A DNA stretch of 64,000 nucleotides from Polyangium sp. 15x6 (GCF_029960785.1 NZ_JASBQE010000055.1:1-64000); one strand, 5' to 3'. Shown: positions 19,470-28,481, counted from the first letter of the stretch. The notes: generated by a model not told the origin, from the letters alone. Program-made: numbers and translations.

Positions 19470-19865
19470 ATGACTCACACGCAGACGTCGCTCGCCGTCG
19501 CCGCGCTCGCCCTCGGGCTCGCGTCCTTCGCCCTCGGCTGCGAAGAGAGCGCGCCTTCGGCCTCCCCCGCCGCCTCGACCGAGCCGCTCGCGGCCCCGAA
19601 GCCGGTGGACGTCGTGCCCGCGAGCCCGCCCAAGGTCGACCTCGGCCCGCTGCCCGTGCCCGCCATGTCCGCCGCCGACCTGCCCCCCGATCCCGCCTCC
19701 TCGGCGGCCCCGAAGCCCACGGGCACGACCACGGCCGCGGCCCAGGCCCCCGCGGCGACGGCCCCGACCGACGCGACGAAGTTCGGCGCGATCCGCGTGG
19801 AAATGCGCGCCACGCCCCGCACCTCGCCCGGCCCGATGGCCCCGCGCACCGCGCCCACCGAGTGA
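19470..19865 (+). CDS. Pro/Ala-rich lipoprotein, 131 aa
   Basis: MTHTQTSLAVAALALGLASFALGC lipobox, then low-complexity P/A/S-rich sequence. Confidence 0.45.
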   Translation: MTHTQTSLAVAALALGLASFALGCEESAPSASPAASTEPLAAPKPVDVVPASPPKVDLGPLPVPAMSAADLPPDPASSAAPKPTGTTTAAAQAPAATAPTDATKFGAIRVEMRATPRTSPGPMAPRTAPTE

Positions 19866-19958
19866 CCCGGACGCACGGACCGAGCACGGCCGTGACGATG
19901 GGGGGATCCCTTGATCGTGAACCTGTGGCAAACTCGTTCACGGTTCGAGGGAAGCTTC

Positions 19959-20543
19959 ATGAACGACACCGCGCGCCGCGAGCAGATTCTCCAGGCCGCC
20001 GATCGCTTGCTCCGGCATTACGGGCCGCAAAAAACCACGGTGGCGGACGTGGCGCGGGAAGCAGGCGTCGGCGTGGGTACGGTGTACCTCGAATTCCCGT
20101 CGAAGGAGGCGATCGTCGAGGAGCTGTCGCGCTCGCGGTACGAGGTCGTGCTCGAAGCGATGCGTGCGGCGGCGGTGGCGGACGGGCGCTCGTTCGGCGA
20201 GCGGCTCGTGGGCGCGCTCGACGCGCGGCTGCGAGCGTATTTCACGCAGGCGGACGGCGGCGCGCACGCGTGTGACTTCTTCCACTGCGGGAGCCCCGCC
20301 GTGAAGAGCGCGTCCGAGCGGTTTTACCAGGAAGAACGGGGCCTCTTCGCGGACCTGCTCCGGCGAGGAACGGAGGCCGGCGAGCTCGACGTGGCCGACG
20401 CGGATCTCGCAGCGCGGGCAGTGCTCCGGGCTTACAAGAGCTTCACGCCGCCGTGGATCTTCATGGAAGAACGGGACGAGGTGGGGCGATTGCACGCGGC
20501 GATGCATGCGATCGTCTTGCGGGGCGTGGTCGCGCGGCGGTGA
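19959..20543 (+). CDS. TetR-family transcriptional regulator
   Basis: ATG at 19959 after GAGGGAAG. HTH region TTVADVAREAGVGVGTVYLEF. Confidence 0.8.
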   Translation: MNDTARREQILQAADRLLRHYGPQKTTVADVAREAGVGVGTVYLEFPSKEAIVEELSRSRYEVVLEAMRAAAVADGRSFGERLVGALDARLRAYFTQADGGAHACDFFHCGSPAVKSASERFYQEERGLFADLLRRGTEAGELDVADADLAARAVLRAYKSFTPPWIFMEERDEVGRLHAAMHAIVLRGVVARR

Positions 20544-20549
20544 ACGAAG

Positions 20550-21548
20550 TTACTCCGCGCCCGTAACGCTCGCCTCGCCGCGCTTCGTGGCATTCGCGGC
20601 CATCCAATCGAAGGGCCTTGCATGGTCACGCCGGGGCGGCGTCGGCGGAGGCCTTCTGGGGATTCTATGCCGTGCGCCGTCCTCCGTGCGTGCGTCGCTG
20701 CGCTGGATCGTGGCCATGCTTCGCGGCTCGTCCCGCCGGACGACGCCGGCGCGGGTGGCTTGGCTTGCCGTGGTCGTGCCCGGCATGGCCTGGGGTGTCC
20801 CCCCGGAGGGCCACACGCCCAGCGCGACGCCCACGGCGACGCTGCCCATGACGCGCATCGGGGAGCGCGCGAAGGACGTGCGGGCCGGCCCGAAGGCGGA
20901 GGTGATGGCCGCCCGTGCCACGCGCGCGGCCATGACGAGAAGCAGGAACGGGAGGGCGATGACGCTCCGCACGATACCACGCGCTGGCGCCTCTTCGGCG
21001 AATTCGAGCCTCGCGCGCAGGAGATCGATGCCACGATAATAGCGGGCAAAGACGGTGGTCGGGGGCAGATTCGTCTCGGCGGCGATCTCCCGTATGGATT
21101 TTCCTTCGACCGCGCGCGCGCCGACGATATCGCGCATCTTGGCCGGTAGCGCGTGATAGGCCATTCGCACCGCGGCGTCGTGCTCGTCGTCCCGCGGTTG
21201 GGCGATCTGCTCGTCGAGGTCGCCCAGCGGCGCGAGAAAATCGTACGTTCGCCGGCGACTGGGCTTGAGGTTCGTCATGGCCGCGTATTGAGCGAGTTTG
21301 CACATCCACGCGACGAACTCTTCCCATTCGCGTATGCTCGGCCGCTCCGCGACGGGCTTGCTCAATGCGGTCACGAATGCATCATGCACGACGTCGATCC
21401 CCTGCACATGCGCCCTGAGCCCGACCCGATGCACATGCGCCACCATTCGCTCGACGAGCTCTCGATAGGCCGGGACGGTGAGCTCGAACGCCCTGGCCAG
21501 GGGCTCGTCGCTCTTGGGTTTTTCCGTGTCCTCGTCCGGTCCGTCCAT
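20550..21548 (-). CDS. ECF sigma-70 family factor with a C-terminal transmembrane / Pro-rich extension
   Basis: Sigma region 2 (FEEFVAWMCKLAQY) and region 4 (SIREIAAETNLPPTTVFARYYRGIDLLR). A hydrophobic helix VIALPFLLLVMAARVARAAI follows. The start may be the ATG at 21548 (preceded by GAGGACAA) or at 21581. Confidence 0.75.
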   Translation of the reverse strand: MDGPDEDTEKPKSDEPLARAFELTVPAYRELVERMVAHVHRVGLRAHVQGIDVVHDAFVTALSKPVAERPSIREWEEFVAWMCKLAQYAAMTNLKPSRRRTYDFLAPLGDLDEQIAQPRDDEHDAAVRMAYHALPAKMRDIVGARAVEGKSIREIAAETNLPPTTVFARYYRGIDLLRARLEFAEEAPARGIVRSVIALPFLLLVMAARVARAAITSAFGPARTSFARSPMRVMGSVAVGVALGVWPSGGTPQAMPGTTTASQATRAGVVRRDEPRSMATIQRSDARTEDGARHRIPRRPPPTPPRRDHARPFDWMAANATKRGEASVTGAE

Positions 21549-21638
21549 CGGGTTGTCCTCGCACGCAAAAGCAGACCTCATGCATGTAAAGGTCGCGAGC
21601 GGCCCTGTTGTTCAGAAAAATCGACACGGGCCTCGACG

Positions 21639-22646
21639 ATCGTCCCGGGCGGGGCGGGGCGGTGGTCACGGCGCGGCCTCGCCGCGGCGTGCCTCGCCTT
21701 CGGGGCGCTCTTCCCGGAGGCGCGAGCGCATGCGGACGTCCCGCGGCATCGCCTGGACTTCAAGGCGGATCGCGCGCTGCCCCTCTGCGACCGGCAGCTC
21801 GTCTTCACGGCGATCCTCACGAACTGGGTGTCCGTGTCCACGTTCGACCCGCCGGCCACGCGGACGCTCACCGTGCGCATCCAGCGCGCGCCCGACGCGG
21901 CCAAGCTCGTCGACGTGAGGATCGTGGACGAGGCGGGGGACGTCGCGGCGGAGGTGCATCGCAGCTACGAGCCGGCGACGGAGTGCTTCGAGGTGCTCTA
22001 CGCGACAGCGTTCGACGCGGCGAAGCTGCTCGGCGCGTTCGAGCCGCCGGAACCGCCGCCGCCGCCTCTCTGTCCGCAGCCGCAGCCGCAGCCGCAGCCG
22101 TGTCCGCCTCCGCCTCCGCAGCCGCCTCCGCAGCCGCCTCCGCCTCCGCTTCCGAAGCGGTTCTTCCTGGGTGCGGGGGTTGGGGCCTTCCTGAACGTGG
22201 CGCCCGAGCCGTTCTTCGCGCCGCGGGTTTCGGCGGGGTGGAATGTGGCGCCCCGGTGGACCGTGGAGCTGGATGTCGTGGCATGGCCGTGGATGACCGC
22301 GAACCCGCAGGATGGGCCCACGTCGGTGGACGTGGAGACGTACCTGGGGACGGCGGCGGGGTGTTACCGGTTCGGGCGGTTCATGACGTGTGGGCTTTTG
22401 GCAGGGGGTGTCCTGCTCGGGCGTGGGACGAACCGCGCGTTTGGCAGGCCGTACACGTCCCCGATGTTCGGGATCGGCCCACGCGTCGGGTTCGAGGTTC
22501 CGATCTGGGACAGGCTGCTCTGGCGCAGCGATCTGGACGGGCTCGTGTTCGTGTTCCCCCAGCGACTGGCCGAGAAGGACGCTCCGACCTGGGAGCCTCT
22601 ACCACTGGCGCTGAGCGCCTCGACCTCGCTCGCGTTTACCTTCTAG
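21639..22646 (+). CDS. secreted Pro/Gln-rich protein with a possible C-terminal beta-barrel (ends in Phe); start codon unresolved, possibly disrupted
   Basis: Signal-like RWSRRGLAAACLAFGALFPEARAHA, but there is no in-frame ATG/GTG/TTG between the divergent sigma-factor gene and this segment. A PQ/PP-repeat linker and the C-terminal ...SLAFTF. Confidence 0.35.
   Translation: MVPGGAGRWSRRGLAAACLAFGALFPEARAHADVPRHRLDFKADRALPLCDRQLVFTAILTNWVSVSTFDPPATRTLTVRIQRAPDAAKLVDVRIVDEAGDVAAEVHRSYEPATECFEVLYATAFDAAKLLGAFEPPEPPPPPLCPQPQPQPQPCPPPPPQPPPQPPPPPLPKRFFLGAGVGAFLNVAPEPFFAPRVSAGWNVAPRWTVELDVVAWPWMTANPQDGPTSVDVETYLGTAAGCYRFGRFMTCGLLAGGVLLGRGTNRAFGRPYTSPMFGIGPRVGFEVPIWDRLLWRSDLDGLVFVFPQRLAEKDAPTWEPLPLALSASTSLAFTF
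22048..22155 (+). repeat. CCGCAG/CCGCCT hexanucleotide microsatellite encoding PQPQPQPQPCPPPPPQPPPQPPPPP
   Basis: ccgcagccgcagccgcagccgcagccg and flanking ccgcct repeats seen directly in the sequence. Confidence 0.7.
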
Positions 22647-22649
22647 TGG

Positions 22650-23861
22650 TCAGGAGGTGGGGGCCGCACAACATACGGTTGCGGGTTTGTCAAGGGACAG
22701 TTCGCCGACGACGTCACCGCCACTCGGGGTGCAGGTGCCCTTCGTATAGTTGAGGAGCTCGGCCGTCTTCCCGCTGACCTGGGTGCCGGGCATGAGGTCG
22801 TGGCAGGGGGCGACCATCCCCTCGCTGACGTTGCCCCCAACCTCGAACAGGGCGCACGCTGGTGCGCTATAGACGGATGCCAGCACGGTGCATGTCCCGC
22901 CCGTCGGCGCTTCGCACGTGCAAGACGAGCACTCGCGTTCGTCCTTCACCACTCCGTAAAGGACGTGCCGCTCCCCGGTCCACCCCTCCGGGCAGAGGTG
23001 CTCGCCCTCCCGGAAGATACAAGAGGAGTAGTCGGCGCTTGCCGGCCCGCAGACCTTGCCGCTCTGCCCGGCGCAGCCCGGCCAGGGCTCGGCGCGCGTA
23101 CACACCCGGCCGAGGGGGGTCTCAGGTCCACCGTTCCAGAACTTGGGGATCTCCTGCTCGGGATCTCCTTTCGTATGTGCCTTGCAGGGCTGCTCCTCGA
23201 TCACGGGAGTGGAAACCGTGATCGAACGGACGCACGGCACGCCGCCGCAAAGCGTGGCGGAGGGGATCGCTTTGTCCTGATTGCAGGTGCCGTCCCAGTT
23301 TGTCGGCGGATCGAAGTTTGTCTTGACACCGCCCCCGGGATCATCACAGCCGGCGGAGCTGACGGTCCACGTCTGCGGCAGCCTGCACGACCCCTCGGGC
23401 TCGTCGCACGAACACTCCCCACAAAGAAGAGGAGGAGGCGCGGGGGTCCCTTCGAACGCGAGAATCGGCGCGTCGTCTGGGCACGGCGGCGGCTCGCGCC
23501 AGTCCGAGAAAAAGGCCACGAGCGTCCAGTCCTTCGGGGACTCGTCCGCGCATGCGCCGCCGCCCGGGCAGAGCGACGACATCCCGCCGTCCGCACCGCC
23601 GTCGAAGCACTTGGGCGGCAGCGGAGGCGGCCCGTCACACGCGTTCGGGCAGTGCCAGGGGATGGGTTTTGGTGTCCACACCCCTTTCTTGACGGGGTCT
23701 GGGCAGTACTCCGGGAAAGGGCAGGGACAACACTCGGTCCCGACAACCTCCGGCGGGCAGTCGCTCCCGATGTCCGAGCCACGCCCACACCCGGACGCCC
23801 CGCCAAACGCCGCCCCCCACCCCGCCGCGATCACCAGCACGAACCCGATTGCCTTGCGCAT
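22650..23861 (-). CDS. Cys-rich lipoprotein, hypothetical, 403 aa
   Basis: MRKAIGFVLVIAAGWGAAFGGASGC lipobox. About 40 Cys residues with CPxCP/CxxC spacing. Confidence 0.6.
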   Translation of the reverse strand: MRKAIGFVLVIAAGWGAAFGGASGCGRGSDIGSDCPPEVVGTECCPCPFPEYCPDPVKKGVWTPKPIPWHCPNACDGPPPLPPKCFDGGADGGMSSLCPGGGACADESPKDWTLVAFFSDWREPPPCPDDAPILAFEGTPAPPPLLCGECSCDEPEGSCRLPQTWTVSSAGCDDPGGGVKTNFDPPTNWDGTCNQDKAIPSATLCGGVPCVRSITVSTPVIEEQPCKAHTKGDPEQEIPKFWNGGPETPLGRVCTRAEPWPGCAGQSGKVCGPASADYSSCIFREGEHLCPEGWTGERHVLYGVVKDERECSSCTCEAPTGGTCTVLASVYSAPACALFEVGGNVSEGMVAPCHDLMPGTQVSGKTAELLNYTKGTCTPSGGDVVGELSLDKPATVCCAAPTS

Positions 23862-23906
23862 GCCGCAAGCCTACCAAGTTCGTCGCCGGCGAGGCAACCC
23901 GATCCA

Positions 23907-23940
23907 CAAAAAAAGTTCGTCCCGGGATCCCGGGACGAAC
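23907..23940 (-). terminator. rho-independent terminator (minus strand)
   Basis: Perfect palindrome GTTCGTCCCGGG-at-CCCGGGACGAAC, followed on the minus strand by a run of 7 U residues. Confidence 0.55.
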
Positions 23941-24250
23941 GAGGTACGATGGTCTAAAAAAACGGAGGACCGCACTCCCACGAGGTCCGCACAATTTGTT
24001 TTTTTGGCTGTTTGCTCGGTCCCGTCTCCCGGTGCTTCCGGGTGGGTGCTCGCGAGCCGCAGGTGCGCGGACGCGTGGGCCCGTCCTCCTGAGGAATGGT
24101 TTGCCCGAGGAGAGGGAGAAAGGCAAGAGGAAAAGGAGACGTACCCAGAAAAACCCATTCCCGGCCCGGGCGGGTGGGGAGGAGGGGGCGGGAGGGGGGC
24201 GGGGACAAACCGGGAGGGGGGCTGCGGACGGGGACGCCGGCAGGGGGAGG

Positions 24251-24784
24251 TCAGCGCATTCCTGGACCGATGTAGATGTCCTCGGGGGAGACGCCCAACC
24301 ACCGGGCCTCTCGTTCCTTGACCTCCTCCCGCCACGTACGGTACGCAGGGCACAGTTTCTTGTGTTCCGCGTCGCTGCAATCATACCAGGGCCAGGGGTC
24401 GTCTAGATCGATGTCGCCGTCGCCATCGCGATCATTGAAATACAGATGCCCGCAGCGCTCACTGACGATGTGCTTATTGTACCAGTAGGTTGCGCCGAAG
24501 GGATCTTCGCAAGGGACTTCACACCATATCGGATCAAGCTCTGTGCACCAGATCTGGTCAGGGCAGAAATACTTCACGCAGCCTGCCTGACACGCCTCGT
24601 GACTGTCGAAGGTGTATCTGCATGGCCAGTTGACTTGGCTCCCACACCACTCGAACGCGTACCCGAGATCCGTCTTGCAAGACTCCGGGGTCGGCTCATG
24701 CCCGCCATCCGCGCGCGAGCCGAGGCCGAGATTCAGGAGGGCTGCGACGCTGATGATGACGAGCGCTGCGGCGTGACGTTTCAT
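24251..24784 (-). CDS. small secreted Cys-rich protein, 177 aa
   Basis: Signal peptide MKRHAAALVIISVAALLNLGLG. Motif CKTDLGYAFEWC...ACQAGCVKYFCPDQIWCTELDPIWC...RCGH. Confidence 0.6.
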   Translation of the reverse strand: MKRHAAALVIISVAALLNLGLGSRADGGHEPTPESCKTDLGYAFEWCGSQVNWPCRYTFDSHEACQAGCVKYFCPDQIWCTELDPIWCEVPCEDPFGATYWYNKHIVSERCGHLYFNDRDGDGDIDLDDPWPWYDCSDAEHKKLCPAYRTWREEVKEREARWLGVSPEDIYIGPGMR

Positions 24785-25000
24785 GTGGTGATCTCCTTCG
24801 TCGCTCGCGCGGCCGGGACTCTAAACCACCGGGTTCCCGAACACTAGCGTGTGCTCGTTGGCGCGTTGGCGTCCCGCAGATTCCACCCTGGCCCTCGGCT
24901 CCGGGTCGGGCCCAGTTCGGTGGAAGGACGCTGCGCCGGGCGCAGCGTGGGGACAATCGGGAAGAACGAAGCGGCTCGCGATCCTGGCTCTGATGATGTA

Positions 25001-25573
25001 ATGTGCGCCCTTGTGAGAGCTCCGAGCCTGAAGACACGTCGTGCGGCCTTCGCCGCCCTCGTCATCACCGCCGCCGCAGCGCTCATCCTGGGGGCGCGTG
25101 GCCCGGACGAGGACGACCCGATGTACAAGCACTGCGAGGATGACCTCGGGTACGTCTTCGAAGGCTGCCAGAAGTGGGAAGTCTGCCCCGACGTGGACGA
25201 AGAGTTCGCGGACGCCTGCGTGGCTGGTTGTGTGCGCGCGATCTGCCCCAAGCAAGCCGAGTGCACAGGCCTCGACCCCATGTTTTGCGCCCCCTGTGAC
25301 GACATGCAGGGCGCTGCCTTCTGGCGCAATGCCGATGCAGCCAGCATCCGGTGCGGGCACAAGGCCGGTTTTTTTGTGTTGGTGGAGGAGACCACGGAGG
25401 CGATGTATCGCGCCTTCGATGAATGCTTCCCCGCGGATGTCGAGCAACATTGCCCGGCCCTGGCCGGCACCGAGTGGCTGGCTCGGCACGATGCCGTCAC
25501 GCACTTCCCCCGTAAACGCACCATCGCTGCACGCGCTCCCGGTGCCGGCGCACAATCATCTTCGCCGCGGTGA
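25001..25573 (+). CDS. small secreted Cys-rich protein, 190 aa; paralogue of 24251..24784, divergently transcribed
   Basis: ATG at 25001. Signal peptide MCALVRAPSLKTRRAAFAALVITAAAALILGA. Shared motif CEDDLGYVFEGC...ACVAGCVRAICPKQAECTGLDPMFC...RCGH. Confidence 0.55.
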   Translation: MCALVRAPSLKTRRAAFAALVITAAAALILGARGPDEDDPMYKHCEDDLGYVFEGCQKWEVCPDVDEEFADACVAGCVRAICPKQAECTGLDPMFCAPCDDMQGAAFWRNADAASIRCGHKAGFFVLVEETTEAMYRAFDECFPADVEQHCPALAGTEWLARHDAVTHFPRKRTIAARAPGAGAQSSSPR

Positions 25574-25760
25574 AGGCTGGACTTCAGATCCCGCCGTGGC
25601 TCCCTCACCGGGGTGGGCATCGAAGCCCCCTTCTCCGCCTGCCCCCTCCTCCTCGTCCTCGTCGAACCAGCAGTCCCCGGTGCCAGCGCCCACCGGGCCA
25701 ACAATCCCCGACCCGAAACCCCTACCGCCGCAAGCCACCGATTCGTGCGACTCTCGGCGC

Positions 25761-26174
25761 ATGCGTACGCTTCTCCTCGCCCTGCTCCTGCTCGGCTGCC
25801 AGACGGCGGCCCCTGGTGCTCCCCCTCAGGCGGACCCCCCTCCTGCTCGGGCCCTTCCTCCTCCCGCGGTGAGCGAGGCAGCCGAGGCCGACGCCTGCAC
25901 TTCGGACGCGGACTGTGCCGTCTTCGGTCTCCCGAGCTGCATCGACCACGGTTGTGGCCCGCCCTGCGGCCAGGTCGCGCGCCTTGCTCCGGTGGCGCTC
26001 CATCACGCCCGGGCCAAGGCCTTCCTCGCTGAAAAGGAGGCGGCCGCGAGGGCGCGTTGTTCGGTCATCTGCCTCAGCTGCATCGGTCCCCCGCCCGTGG
26101 AAGTCGATCTCGCGGCCCATGGAGCCCGCTGCGACGCAGGCCGCTGCGCTGTCGTCCGGCGCTCTGGCAGGTAG
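25761..26174 (+). CDS. Cys-rich lipoprotein, 137 aa
   Basis: MRTLLLALLLLGC lipobox; 12 Cys in the mature part. Confidence 0.5.
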   Translation: MRTLLLALLLLGCQTAAPGAPPQADPPPARALPPPAVSEAAEADACTSDADCAVFGLPSCIDHGCGPPCGQVARLAPVALHHARAKAFLAEKEAAARARCSVICLSCIGPPPVEVDLAAHGARCDAGRCAVVRRSGR

Positions 26175-26312
26175 GCCGGGCGGATGAACTTTATAAACAA
26201 TCCCGCGCTAGCGTAAATACACATCGGAAATGGGCGTGCCATTTCGGCGACCCTCAGGCGCCGGGCCATCGCTGGCATTCACATGTAGTCCAGGCATTTA
26301 TTGTTGTAGTCG

Positions 26313-27509
26313 TTGATGATGTTGACGTATCCCCCGCCAGTGCTCACCAGACGCCAGCGCTGCGCCGGCGCGCCTTCCACGCTCTGGATCATCCTCACGC
26401 GCGGGCAATTGAGCCTGGACGGTATGCGTCAAGATTCGCGCCGGCAGTGTGTCAACGCCATCGGGGCGGCGTCTTTCGCAAGCGTAGACTTCGCCTCCGT
26501 GCGCTCGAAGCACGATGGCAGCACCTACTCGCTCCTCCGCCGCCCCGCGGCCCCGGCCGCCGCCCGCGCCCGCGAACGGCTCGAGGCGCTGAAGCCCCAC
26601 ATCACGCCGGAGCTCGACGCCGTGCTGCGCTCGTTCCTCGCCGCCGTCGAGAAGGCTTGCGCTCCCCGCGGTCTCGGCAAGCTCCTCGACCGCCAGCGCG
26701 TGCTCGTCTTCAACACCCACCGCTTCGAGTCCACCCGGGCCGAGCTCATCGCTTGCATCGGCTGGTTCGACACGTTCGCCGCGAAGGGCTACTCCGCTCG
26801 CCTCGCCACGCGCGCCGAGTCGATCTTCGACCCCTGCGACGGCCTCGACTTCGACGAAGACGACCGGAAGCTCGACGTCGGCGACCCAGACGCGCTCTGC
26901 GGCTGGCCCTCCAGCGTGACGGACTGGGCGCCCCCCGTCGTTCCGAAGCCGCCCGAGCGTCACGAGAAGCTCCTCGCCGACGAGCGTGTGCACCGCCCCT
27001 TCCGCCGCGCGCGTACCTTCCACCGAGGCCTTCCGGTCGAAGTGGAGTGGAACGCCGCGCCCGGCGATCCCCTCGTCGGCCACCCCGCCTGGTCCACCGT
27101 CGAGAGCGTGATCTTCTCCGGCCCTGTCGCGCTGCTCCCGCCCGTGCGCCAGCTGCAGGCGACGCCCGCGCTCATCCGCGCCATCGACCGGCCGGTGCCC
27201 TACGTCTCCATCTGCATGAGCGACGACAAGGACCCCGCGGCCTGGGCGGCGCTCGAATCCACCGAGCGCTTCCCGAACCTCGTCGAGGTCCGCGTTGTCG
27301 CGCCCGCGACCGTCTGGCTCCCCGAAGCGGGGCAGCGGCTCATCGCGCGGAGGCCCTCGGTGCGGCTACACGCCGGCTCGCCCCTCGTGCCACTCCCTCC
27401 GCTCACGCCCCTCACGGCCGAGGAGCACGCCGCGCGCATCGCGCGATGGACGAATCCGCCGGAGGCCCGCTTCCTCGAGGGGCCTCGCTACGACAACGGA
27501 TTCAGCTGA
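26313..27509 (+). CDS. hypothetical protein
   Basis: Long ORF with balanced composition preceded by an AT-rich stretch. No motif recognised. Start uncertain; the alternative is 26424. Confidence 0.45.
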   Translation: MMMLTYPPPVLTRRQRCAGAPSTLWIILTRGQLSLDGMRQDSRRQCVNAIGAASFASVDFASVRSKHDGSTYSLLRRPAAPAAARARERLEALKPHITPELDAVLRSFLAAVEKACAPRGLGKLLDRQRVLVFNTHRFESTRAELIACIGWFDTFAAKGYSARLATRAESIFDPCDGLDFDEDDRKLDVGDPDALCGWPSSVTDWAPPVVPKPPERHEKLLADERVHRPFRRARTFHRGLPVEVEWNAAPGDPLVGHPAWSTVESVIFSGPVALLPPVRQLQATPALIRAIDRPVPYVSICMSDDKDPAAWAALESTERFPNLVEVRVVAPATVWLPEAGQRLIARRPSVRLHAGSPLVPLPPLTPLTAEEHAARIARWTNPPEARFLEGPRYDNGFS

Positions 27510-28003
27510 CCGGTTCACGGGCTCGTTTCGATCGCCCGCCCCGCCACCGGGCCAACTATCCCCGACCCAAACCCCGACCCCCAAAGCCCACCGGCCCACC
27601 CCCGAAGAGCATCCACGCATCCGTGGAGCCCATCGCCCAGGGCCCCCACGCCACCGCAATACCCTCCAGCGGTCGGCGACGACCCTCCAAGGCTATCCCC
27701 ACGGCCTCCAGGGCTCGCCCATGGCCCTGGAGCATGTCTCCCGGGTCCCCAGGCCCCTCGGCCGACCCTCCAAGGCTATCCCGATGCCCTCCAGGGCCAT
27801 CCGCCGCCCCACCCGCCCAAGCCGCCCAGACGCGGAATCACGGGCCCTCCTCGCGACGGCTCCGAAAGCCCTCCCCAGGCATCTCGCCCGAGCCTCCGAG
27901 GATGCCGCCCTCGGCTTGGAAGGTCTGAACGTCCGCCAGCGTTGTGCGTTCATCTACCCCAAGCGGCCGAGCGCCGCAGGACAGAAAGAATAGGGAGGCG
28001 GTC

Positions 28004-28480
28004 ATGGGCGATCCGAAGCACCCCGAGGTGGGCGATCTCATCATCGACGCGAGCGATATCAAGGTCACGGACATCACGCCGGAGCAGATTCAAAAGCTCA
28101 CGAAGCTACGCGACGGATTCGAGGCCGCCGTCAAGAATGTCCTCGGCCTGAAGCCCGACGACGCCGACCGCGCAGGGCTCAACGAGAAAGACAAGGATCG
28201 GCTCGCCGCTGCTTTCGCGAGAGATCAGCGGCTCGGCGAGCTCCTGCCCGCCTCGCAGAAGCTCACGGAGCTGCTCCACGAGACGCGCCAGACGACGCGG
28301 CACGAGATCGCCACGATCCTCGCCGAGAACGCCGCCCAGGCCAAGCGCAGGGCAGACCGCGTGCAGAATGGGGCCGAGGTGCTCGGTCCTCTCGCGCCAT
28401 TGATGGACTACCAGTATGGGCCGGCCAACAAGGCCGCAGCCACGAAAGAAAGAGCCAAGGAGCCAAAGCAAGAGGGCTGA
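28004..28480 (+). CDS. hypothetical protein, 158 aa, predicted helical
   Basis: ATG at 28004 after TAGGGAGGCGGTC. Its stop lies 1 nt from the stop of the convergent kinase gene. Confidence 0.6.
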   Translation: MGDPKHPEVGDLIIDASDIKVTDITPEQIQKLTKLRDGFEAAVKNVLGLKPDDADRAGLNEKDKDRLAAAFARDQRLGELLPASQKLTELLHETRQTTRHEIATILAENAAQAKRRADRVQNGAEVLGPLAPLMDYQYGPANKAAATKERAKEPKQEG

Positions 28481-28481
28481 C

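Noticed and set aside
23954-24208. 84-aa Pro-rich minus ORF ending 14 nt before the terminator hairpin
   Set aside because: Tempting because of the stop-to-terminator spacing, but the sequence (MSPPPSRPLLPTRPGREW...) is low-complexity C-strand reading of the G-rich tract. Kept only as a note in the terminator finding.
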